A DNA stretch of 32,000 bases, taken from Paenibacillus durus. Its GTDB lineage: Bacteria; Bacillota; Bacilli; Paenibacillales; Paenibacillaceae. Below, piece by piece: positions 22,928-30,072 of this stretch. The notes under the pieces were generated by a model. It saw only the letters and a program-made list of their open reading frames with translations. It was not told the DNA's origin and made no database searches. The stretch lies in assembly GCF_000756615.1 (NCBI RefSeq), contig NZ_CP009288.1, forward strand, positions 4,289,000 through 4,320,999, given 5' to 3'. How positions within the stretch are numbered: position 1 is the first letter of the stretch; each line of letters begins with the position of its first letter. Position numbers and translations under genes: made by a program.

Positions 22928-23126
22928 TGATTGATTTCTCGTAAGCAGGAATATAAGCAGCAACTCAAATCCACCGATCTTGTTGAAAAAAAAGGAATTC
23001 AAAGAATAAATTCTCATCTTATCCTTTGTTTCTTAATATCGGAGACACATCCTGATATTTTTAGAGTAGTTTAGAAATTATCGTCATACATTGTAATTAG
23101 GTTTCAATTATTGATATTTTTTTACG

Positions 23127-23288
23127 TTAGGTGATTATAGCTGTGGTGAGATCGGCAATGGCCCGTTTGACTGTGCTGCAGGACAGCTTCAGTTCCCGGA
23201 CGATGGTGCCGATGGCTAGGTAACAGGTGCTATCGGTATCGGCCCGGTGCGGCAGCTTGGAATGGTACAGGACAGTGTAATAGCCCAT
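23127..23288 (-). CDS. small HTH-like protein or fragment (53 aa)
   Basis: Not in the track. MGYYTVLYHSKLPHRADTDSTCYLAIGTIVRELKLSCSTVKRAIADLTTAIIT* is preceded by AGAGGAGA. The ..IGTIVRELKLSCSTVKRAIADL.. stretch looks like a helix-turn-helix. It is probably truncated. Confidence 0.35.
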   Translation of the reverse strand: MGYYTVLYHSKLPHRADTDSTCYLAIGTIVRELKLSCSTVKRAIADLTTAIIT

Positions 23289-23598
23289 CCGTCTCCTCTT
23301 TATTCCACGCGCGCCACTCCTTTAGGCTGGGGCCCTGGTTTCCCCTGTTCCGCTGCCGCGTGATTCTCCAACTCCCAGTCTTCTTCCGCCGCAGAATGTC
23401 CCCCTACAATTCCGACCGGTTGGCAAAAGCCACTCGCCGGGCGGCTTTTTATAAGGAGGCGAGAGACATTGCAAACAGCCGCCGTCTGCTGCTTGTCAGG
23501 CAAGGAGTCTCAATACACCATTTTGGGTTGGATGTCTAACAACACCTCCTCCCCCCAATCCCCTCATTACCGTATAGACGAAGAGAAGCCTTAGTTTC

Positions 23599-24206
23599 AT
23601 GCAAGCAGGCTTTACAGGTCTGGAAATTGAAGATCTGCACAAAAGTGCTGTCCAAGAAAACTGATATCGAAGGGACGTCCATCGAAACGGTCCCCTATCC
23701 CCTAATCGTACCGAAGGTCAGATCCAAGCACAGCAAGCGGTGCAAAAGCTAGAGCAATATAAGCGGAGTGAAGAACGGAAATCCAAAGGCGAAACTAAAA
23801 ATGATCGGAAGCCTGATGAAACCCTTGTTGGCGCAGTAACCGTTGCAGCGGAGGGTTGTAGTTGTAGTTGTAGTTGTAGTTGTAGTTGTAGTCGGAGTAG
23901 GCATTGCTTTGGGCTGGACAGGTGTGGGGCTCGAATCGCCGGGACAGGAGCAATGGCTATCTCCGCAGGAGCGTATACGGAGCATGGGGAGTAGCCGATA
24001 TAGCGGAGGGTGTGCAAGACTATTATTATGTAAGCAAGGGAGGCACTCAGACTCCTACCTTTAACTTTGTAAGGGATACGCTGTTTAATAGGAACGAAGA
24101 AGCCTACCGGATGTCCATGGATATTTCCCTGATCACCGGCGGGTTAGCCGCAGAAATTGTAGTCCCTACTTGCTATTGTCGTCCGTCCTGGGTACGGGTA
24201 GGATGA
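23599..24206 (+). pseudogene. multiply frameshifted remnant of a toxin-like gene (possible pre-toxin TG-type region)
   Basis: Sense-looking stretches hop between the three plus frames:
- MQAGFTGLEIEDLHKSAVQEN*
- ..QIQAQQAVQKLEQYKRSEERKSKGETKNDRKPDETLVGAVTVAAEG..
- ..GVGIALGWTGVG..
- ..AWGVADIAEGVQDYYYVSKGGTQTPTFNFVRDTLFNRNEEAYRMSMDISLITGGLAAEIV..
No single intact ORF with an SD exists. Confidence 0.35.
23856..23891. repeat. hexanucleotide microsatellite (TTGTAG)x6
   Basis: Six perfect tandem copies, counted by hand. Depending on frame and strand they translate as (CS)6, poly-Val, poly-Thr or (LQ)6. Confidence 0.95.
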
Positions 24207-24310
24207 TGAAACGAAGTAATAGCAGCCCAAAACCTCCAACAACACAAAAAGGTGGGGTCAAGTATATCTTGTTTCTGCTACCGCATAATGTCCAAAAGAA
24301 GATGGGATAG

Positions 24311-24714
24311 GTTGTCCGGAAATAGCTGGAGTAGTTGTCCGGGACCGTGAACCCGTCAAGGCCGCGAAGCGTTTATATAGCCTTGACGGGTGTTTCCAAC
24401 CTGCAAAGCTATCTTATAGCCCAGCAAACCCTTGCTGGGCCTGCCACGCGGTGAGCGATGGGGTGCAGGGGAGAAATCCCCTGCGTGTTCCCCTCAGGGG
24501 GACGGAAGGGGGGGCTTTCAAGTAATTACCGTATTCTCCCATGGCAAGTCGGCCGTCAATGTCCACCAGGTAGGGCGAAATGGCCAATCCTGTCCGTCAG
24601 GGGCCTTTTTAGCTGAAAAACAGAAGAAATCGGACAATTCCGCCTGTCAAAGTAGCATTGTGAAATAGCATATTCATGGGCTTTGGACAAGATCCCCAGC
24701 AAAATGAGGACAAC
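24311..24714. mobile_element. ~400-bp non-coding module bounded by structured imperfect inverted repeats (MITE-like or protein-binding sites)
   Basis: The left end is GTTGTCC-N7-GCTGG-N5-TTGTCC (24311-24340). The reverse complement of the right end (24685-24714) has the same blocks and spacing: GTTGTCC tcatttt GCTGG ggatc TTGTCC. Extra TGTCC/GGACA boxes occur at 24289 and 24632. The interior is packed with GC-rich hairpins, for example a 12-bp stem at 24351-24362/24380-24391. No ORF with an SD is present. Confidence 0.45.
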
Positions 24715-24985
24715 TTAACCATCAACCTTTGGACTGGATAGATTGGTAATAACAATATCTTCTGGGAGGCGGGAGAAATTCCCTAAACCTAAGCATGTAC
24801 CAAAGGATACTAATGGAAATCTACTGCAACTTCCTTGATCCGATGGGAAAATGGTAAATGGTACTATTCACATCCAGATCAAAGAATTCAGAGGTAAAAG
24901 AAGAGGTTACGGCTAGGCCCCTTAAATCCGGAGTCATGCCCTACAATTAACAAGCGTTTGTAAAATAACTCTTTATTTCGAGGTG

Positions 24986-25479
24986 TTACATGGCTTTATG
25001 AAATTTCGAGGAGTCCTCCAGTGTCTTGACCCATTCTGAAAACCTCGCAGGAGGCATTAACTTCAAGCTGCCATGCATCTTGCGGTTGTTGTAGAAGTCC
25101 ATATATTGATCAAGGGCCTCGTAAGCTTCCTCGAAGGTCCTGAACTCTGTTTGGCTGAATAGATCGCGTTCCAATAAGCTATGAAAGGATTCAATGTATG
25201 CATTCATATTTGGTGTCCGTGGCGGGATGCGTTCGTGAATCATCTCCAGGCTTTCACAGGTATCTCCAAATAACTTACTGACGAATTGCGGTCCGTTATC
25301 TGTTCGAATCACGGGCAGGGCTTCTCCGGATTGGAGACGACTCTGTAGCGCCCGCCATAGGGTTTGGACCGCATGTTTGGCCTCACATACGGGTCCTCTG
25401 TACTGCTGGACCACGACACGGTCAAATACATCAATGATACTAAGCACGAAAAAGAAACGTTCCTGACCGATGATGTAGC
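24986..25479 (-). CDS. IS3 transposase OrfB, 3' exon (rve/DDE domain, second Asp and Glu)
   Basis: ..YIIGQERFFFVLSIIDVFDR..VIRTDNGPQFVS..NAYIESFHSLLERD..YNNRKMHGSL.. It is in frame with exon 1 when the intron (25480-27765) is removed. Confidence 0.8.
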
Positions 25480-27765
25480 GTGAAGTAAGAGACGGGGCGT
25501 AGTCGAACTATTTCCCCGTTTCTCCTTCCCGAACCGGACATGCACCTCTCAGCGCATCCGGCTCTCCATTTAAGTGTTGCTCATAGCAAAGGCGACATCA
25601 TCATAATAGGATTCAATAGTTCGTCGTTTGTCTGAACGTAGGATATATGGATTTTCGGTAGGGTTTCGCCATGTGAACCAACCTTTGCGGCTAGTGATTA
25701 GCCTTCTCAGTGCTAGTTCACCATAGAATCCGCGACTGTTCTGACCCTGCAGTACCCAGATTTTAGCCTTTCCTTTTTCTGGTGAGCGGACATAATCTCG
25801 CATCAAAGCTCGGAAGCCACGCTTGTACTTTCTTGCCAGCCAGTAGCCGAGTTTCCAGAACACCGCGCGATCTACTTTACCGAATATCGTCGCTGTATGG
25901 TCTGTGTATTGATAAAAGTTTGCCCATCCTGCAAGTTGTCGGTTTAGGCTTTCGACCAAGTCCATAACGTTCATGCTGTAATTTCCCGACAATTGCTTGA
26001 CAAGTTTTTCCGTGAAGCGGCGGTATTTCTCCCATGGAATGGATGAGACAGGGCGCATTCGTCCCCGAGCCCCACGTTTGCGAATGATACGATGTCCGAG
26101 GAAGACAAAACCGTCATTGACGTGCGTGATATGCGTTTTCTGCATGTTGAGCGTGAGTTTCAACTTATCTTCGAGAAACTCCCGACATGCTTCACGAACT
26201 TCTTCTGCATGTGCCTTGGTTCCTTTGACAATCACCACAAAATCATCCGCATAGCGGCAGTACGAAATAGCTGGCTTCCACTGCCGATTTTCACGTATCG
26301 CGATAGGGCGCTCTTTCTGAATGCCGAAGTTCCAAGCCCAGCGATCTTTTCGTACCTTCTTACTCAGAAATTTCGCTTCCATCCATTGATCAAATTCGTG
26401 TAACATTATATTGGATAGGAGGGGCGAGATAACCCCACCTTGCGGAACTCCCTCGCTTGAGGCGCGAAATAAACCGTGGTCTACGCATCCTGCCTTGATC
26501 ATCTTCCATATCAAGGAAAGGAATCTCTGGTCAGAGATACGTTTACGGACAGCCTTCATGAGCAGCCGATGGTGTACGGTATCGAAATAACTCGCCAAGT
26601 CTCCTTCAATGACCCAGCGACCGGCGGTTGCGTTCAGTTGTTCATTTCCATCTTGCAATTGCATTTTGACAGTACGAATTGCATGATGTACGCTCCGTGC
26701 AGGTCTGAAACCATAGGATACCGGATGGAAATCACTTTCCCATATCGGCTCCATTACCATCAGCATTGCCCTTTGCACGATACGATCTCGAAGACATGGA
26801 ATACCTAGCGGTCTGAGTTTGCCATTGGCTTTAGGGATATATACTCGTCGGGCAGGTTGCGGACAGTATCTTCCGCTCAGCAGTTCATAGTGTAACATTT
26901 CCAGTTCTAGATCGAGCTTTCCTTCCATCTTACGCCTGTCTACGCCGTCTACGCCCGGTGTTCGAGCGCCGCTTGAAGCGAGAGTGATACGAGCCGCTTC
27001 ACTTAACCAAGACCTGTCAGCAATTAGTCTGATTAGTCGGTCGAACTTACGATCCTTGTTTTCTGTTGACCATGTCGCCAGTTTGCTTTGCATTTCACTG
27101 ATTATCAAAGGTCTTCACCTCACTAGGGTCAGTTAATGAGCCAAGCAAACCACTTAAACTGCCTCCCTTCGCCATGTAACCGGCTTTCCCGATCTCAGAC
27201 TACTACGGAGGCTCCGTCATTCTGCATAGCATCGGGGAACTCACTCCCTTGGCATCTATGCAGACTTTCCCCAGTTCACATGCTGGACTCCACACATGGG
27301 TTAGGCTGCCTATCGCAGTCTTTATCCTTGCATTCTGCAAGTCGTCGCGGACATCGCGGTCTAGCTATGCACTCTCCGTGAATCCCATCCGGTCAACTTA
27401 CATGTTTGACCGGATTTCGTGAATGCCGTCAATGCGGCTAACGGCAGTTCAGTCCGTGACCTGCCTGTTAAGCGATGTAGGCAGGGGTGACATTTCAACC
27501 CTCAGATGCGGTTTAATAGGTTTGTGTTCCTCAGCCTTCCCATGCTCAGCCTAGAGACTCATCTTGGCGTAATCGCTTCGCCGCAAGCCCCGTTTCCCGC
27601 GGACTACGTCACCTTGCCAGTGTCGGCAAGTCACCGCCGCTTCGGCTCACTTCTTCTCACAGCAGAAGAAGGGCATGTCTGTAAAAAAAAAAAAAAATCT
27701 CAACATGCATTCCAAACATGCTCGAGTAACTTGTTCCATTACAGGAACTTGTTAGCTGGGCGTAC
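25480..27765 (-). mobile_element. group II intron (2286 nt) with RT/maturase ORF in domain IV
   Basis: - The 5' end, GUACGCCCAGCUAAC, matches Ll.LtrB GUGCGCCCAGAUAGG as I recall it.
- It has a conserved CGUAGUAGUCUGAGA..UACAUGGCGAAGGGAGGCAGUU block.
- Domain V is GAGCCGGAUGCGCUGAGAGGUGCAUGUCCGGUUC (25531-25564).
- Domain VI ends ..CUCUUACUUCAC, with an A 7 nt from the 3' end.
- Removing it joins the flanks in frame. Confidence 0.85.
25570..27108 (-). CDS. group II intron-encoded reverse transcriptase/maturase (no obvious HNH endonuclease domain)
   Basis: 512 aa; TTG start after GAGGTGA. RT blocks include ..TPGVDGV.., ..RRVYIPKANGKLRPLGIP.., ..GVPQGGVISPLLSNI.. and YCRYADDFVVIV (the YADD motif). 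A maturase-like region follows. The C-terminus lacks Cys/His endonuclease motifs. Confidence 0.9.
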   Translation of the reverse strand: MIISEMQSKLATWSTENKDRKFDRLIRLIADRSWLSEAARITLASSGARTPGVDGVDRRKMEGKLDLELEMLHYELLSGRYCPQPARRVYIPKANGKLRPLGIPCLRDRIVQRAMLMVMEPIWESDFHPVSYGFRPARSVHHAIRTVKMQLQDGNEQLNATAGRWVIEGDLASYFDTVHHRLLMKAVRKRISDQRFLSLIWKMIKAGCVDHGLFRASSEGVPQGGVISPLLSNIMLHEFDQWMEAKFLSKKVRKDRWAWNFGIQKERPIAIRENRQWKPAISYCRYADDFVVIVKGTKAHAEEVREACREFLEDKLKLTLNMQKTHITHVNDGFVFLGHRIIRKRGARGRMRPVSSIPWEKYRRFTEKLVKQLSGNYSMNVMDLVESLNRQLAGWANFYQYTDHTATIFGKVDRAVFWKLGYWLARKYKRGFRALMRDYVRSPEKGKAKIWVLQGQNSRGFYGELALRRLITSRKGWFTWRNPTENPYILRSDKRRTIESYYDDVAFAMSNT

Positions 27766-28243
27766 CGTACTTGATGTCCATTTGCCACAACTGGTTGGAC
27801 CCGGTGACGACCCGGTTCTTGGGGAGCCGGCGTGGATGTGAGGGGAGGCGCTTACGGGATTGCCTCAGAATCCCTAGATCTTTACACAAGCGATAGGCTT
27901 TCTTCTTGTTCAGCTTTACGCTGTACCGGTTACGAATACATTGCGCAAGAAGTTTGTAGCCATAGACATGCTCTTCGCCTTCGAGGAGCTCAAGCAGCCA
28001 TTCCTTGATTTGTTCGTCACTGACTTTCTCTCCCGTAACCGTAAAGGAGTAGCCCGGCACCGGACGTCCCATCTGGCCTTCTGATGGGCGTTTTGTTGCC
28101 GGTCGGGCAGCCCGTTTTTTACGATCATAGTACGTCGATTCAGATAATCCAAGTATTCGCAGAACCCGTGCTACCGGTTCCCCCCGCTTAATAAATAGGT
28201 CTGCTACTTCGAATTTTTCGGATAAGCGGGGTCTTTCTTTTTT
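27766..28243 (-). CDS. IS3 transposase OrfB, 5' exon (reached by -1 frameshift from orfA)
   Basis: The -1 frame from the slippery site reads KKERPRLSEKFEVADLFIKRGEPVARVLRILGLSESTYYDRKKRAARP..GRPVPGYS..EHVYGYKLLAQCI..NQLWQMDIKYG with no stop. It ends at the intron 5' splice site, four codons after the first catalytic Asp (QMDIKY). Confidence 0.75.
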
Positions 28244-28533
28244 AGCAGTTCTCGTAGAATCTCAAGCTCAAGTTCTTTTTCCCCGAGCACCTTCATGGCC
28301 TTTTCGTAGCGCTGTTCCACATCCTGAAGTCGCTGAAGTTCTTGCAGATGCTCGTCTGCAACCGGAATTTCTTCGGGTGGAATGGAGTCACGATGATCCC
28401 TAATCCATCCGCGTATGGTTTCTGGATGGATGTCGTACATGCGGGATAATACCCCCACCTTAACTCCAGCCAACGCTTCCTTAACGATTTTAAGCCGTGC
28501 TTCCTCTTTCAGCCTCTTTCCCATCCTCGTCAT
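28204..28533 (-). CDS. IS3-family transposase OrfA (HTH plus leucine-zipper-like region)
   Basis: 109 aa: ..EEARLKIVKEALAGVKVGVLSRMYDIHPETIRGWIRDH.. followed by a coiled coil, LQELQRLQDVEQRYEKAMKVLGEKELELEILRELLKKK. The true start may be the second ATG (28524). Confidence 0.85.
   Translation of the reverse strand: MTRMGKRLKEEARLKIVKEALAGVKVGVLSRMYDIHPETIRGWIRDHRDSIPPEEIPVADEHLQELQRLQDVEQRYEKAMKVLGEKELELEILRELLKKKDPAYPKNSK
28237..28243 (-). promoter_or_regulatory. programmed -1 ribosomal frameshift site A AAA AAG
   Basis: Minus strand reads CTG CTA AAA AAG AAA near the end of orfA. The -1 frame is open from here into orfB. A AAA AAG is the classic IS3-family slippery heptamer. Confidence 0.75.
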
Positions 28534-29116
28534 CTCTCCCTTATCTCTAGTTTAAATTATTGGGTGGGAGGACTCCAGTTTAATTAGGGGGCCTAGGAGG
28601 TTAAGGAACAAAAATGGATTTTCTTTTAGGAAACGAAAGTGATTGATAAAGCCGCGACTGGATGCTAGTGCCTCACTTATTTTGGGTGCGCGGCCGATCT
28701 GGATTCAGCTTCAAGAAAAAGTGTGCATCATTAAAGAACCTGCTTTACTAGACTGTGCAACCTTGATCTGTAGTAACGACACGGCACCATTACTATTGAA
28801 AAAAGTAACCTGGGCTTGAATCTCATGATCGTTGACAGAAAGGGGGATGAAAATGAGCAACTTTGAACTCACCTTGGCCAGCCAGGAGATCAAGCATTTT
28901 AAATTATTCGGCAGTTGAATGAGCATGCGCGTATCTGATTTACTGCTGTTATCCCTGACGTACATCTTGAGAAGTACATGCAAATGAGCACTTGTATCCT
29001 GCGGAAACAAAGTGCTCATTCACACTAATAATACGAAGCCACCCGTTAGATAACAGGCGGCTCTTGTTCAATGTGGGGAAAACAGGTAGAATTCAAGCCT
29101 ACCTCCGTTGCAAAAC

Positions 29117-29617
29117 CTAATTTCTTAATTCTGCTTTTCCTTGTTCAAATTCTGTGAAAATTTGGTCGACAGTTTTCTTGCCCTCAGCTATTTCTTGATC
29201 AATTCGCTCGACCATCTTCTTCTTTTTATCAATTTGTGCTAAAACCTCAATGACCTTTGGATCAGTTAAATCAACATCCGGATTATTTTGATAGTAGCTT
29301 TCATGAATTTTGATCATTTCTTTGTACACGCTTAATTTTCGGTTCAGTTGATCTTCTGTCTTCTCAGGGGCTACTTCTGTTTTTAGGCGACCAATTTCTG
29401 CCCCTAATTCCTTAACCTGCTTTCCTTGTTCACTAGTTGCATTTGGATTAGCCAACAGGTCTGCTTTCTGCTTTTCAAATTCTGCTGTCTTTGCACTGAG
29501 AACCTCTTGTTTAGAAGGATTATTGGCGTAAGCATGATAGCCCGCAAAACTACCGGCACTTAAAACAATGGCCCCAGACAAAAACAATATTGTCAATTTC
29601 TTTTTTGTTGAGAACAT
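29117..29617 (-). CDS. secreted or membrane-anchored coiled-coil protein, unknown function
   Basis: 166 aa. The N-terminal signal/anchor is MFSTKKKLTILFLSGAIVLSAGSFAGYHAYA. The rest is charged and helical (K/E/Q-rich). Confidence 0.6.
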   Translation of the reverse strand: MFSTKKKLTILFLSGAIVLSAGSFAGYHAYANNPSKQEVLSAKTAEFEKQKADLLANPNATSEQGKQVKELGAEIGRLKTEVAPEKTEDQLNRKLSVYKEMIKIHESYYQNNPDVDLTDPKVIEVLAQIDKKKKMVERIDQEIAEGKKTVDQIFTEFEQGKAELRN

Positions 29618-29659
29618 TTCAATTCATCCCCTTCTATTCTTTATGAACCTGATTTGATC

Positions 29660-29988
29660 TTAAGTGTAACTACCCACATGGTAACCTTTTCCTGAAAAGG
29701 ACTCACTCCATGATTCCACCGTTGACCAATCGCTACCGCTTAAGCGTTGAAGCTCAACCGTGAGGGTGGAATCATACTCATCCGATACGTACACATCCCC
29801 GCTGGAAACAGCGCGGCCCCACTGCCCAATCGAAAGAGACGCTCCAACGAATGAAATATGCTGGTAATAGGGAACAACAGAACCTCTTTCACCTAATGCC
29901 CCTACGCTTCCGCCAGCCTGTACAACAGCACCTGATGCAAGCAAAACAAAAAAACAAAGAGTAATGATACCATTCGTTTATGTACCAT
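29660..29988 (-). pseudogene. small secreted protein gene interrupted by a frameshift in a homopolymer tract
   Basis: ATG 29986-29988 follows AGGGGG and encodes MVHKRMVSLLFVF.. The body (track ORF 29660-29944, ..LLASGAVVQAGGSVGALG..) is in another frame. One extra T in the T7 run (A7 at 29948-29954 on the plus strand) would restore a signal peptide, MVHKRMVSLLFVFFVLLASGAVVQA|GG. The length of 329 nt is not a multiple of 3. Confidence 0.55.
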
Positions 29989-30072
29989 TGAAAACCCCCT
30001 TTTCCTTTTTTTCCCTACCATCATATAAAACGATCTAAGCTCTTATTTTACAACACCCTTCGTGCAATAAAA

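Larger units (their letters stand above)
24910..28596 (-). mobile_element. IS3-family insertion sequence (about 1.4 kb once the nested group II intron is removed)
   Basis: Terminal inverted repeats are CTAGGCCCCTTAAATCCGGAGTC (from 24913) and the reverse complement of 28574-28596, CTAGGCCCCCTAATTAAACTGGAGTC. It has orfA, an A AAA AAG slippery site, and orfB with DDE motifs. GAGGTTA occurs on both flanks (24903-24909 and 28597-28603). Confidence 0.8.

Noticed and set aside
23300-23503. A 67-aa minus-strand ORF.
   Set aside because: It has no SD, an Ala/Gly/Pro-rich low-complexity translation, and it lies in decayed intergenic sequence.
23740-23994. An 84-aa ORF with a charged leader and a (CS)6 core, which looks like a thiazole/oxazole-type RiPP precursor.
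   Set aside because: It has a GTG start with no SD. No cyclodehydratase, dehydrogenase, lanthipeptide synthetase or transporter genes occur anywhere in the window. The Cys-Ser run is simply one reading of a hexanucleotide microsatellite, and the neighbouring frames carry equally protein-like sequence, which indicates a frameshifted pseudogene. I kept it only as an alternative in the microsatellite finding.
24440-24610. Short matches to blocks I associate with the c-di-AMP (ydaO/kimA-type) riboswitch (GGUAGGGCGAA, CCGUCAG, GGGGGAC, GGGGUG), followed by a terminator-like hairpin.
   Set aside because: The block order differs from my recollection of the motif. The highly conserved 3' ..CAGCUAACCUCGUA.. 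segment is absent, and no downstream gene with an SD follows. A covariance-model scan would settle it, so I report the region only as an unclassified structured element.
28711-29019. A 102-aa minus-strand ORF between the IS3 element and the secreted-protein gene.
   Set aside because: It has no SD and an odd composition with no motif. The region contains hairpins (for example ATGAGCACTT..AAGTGCTCAT at ~28983-29019), which are more consistent with non-coding DNA.
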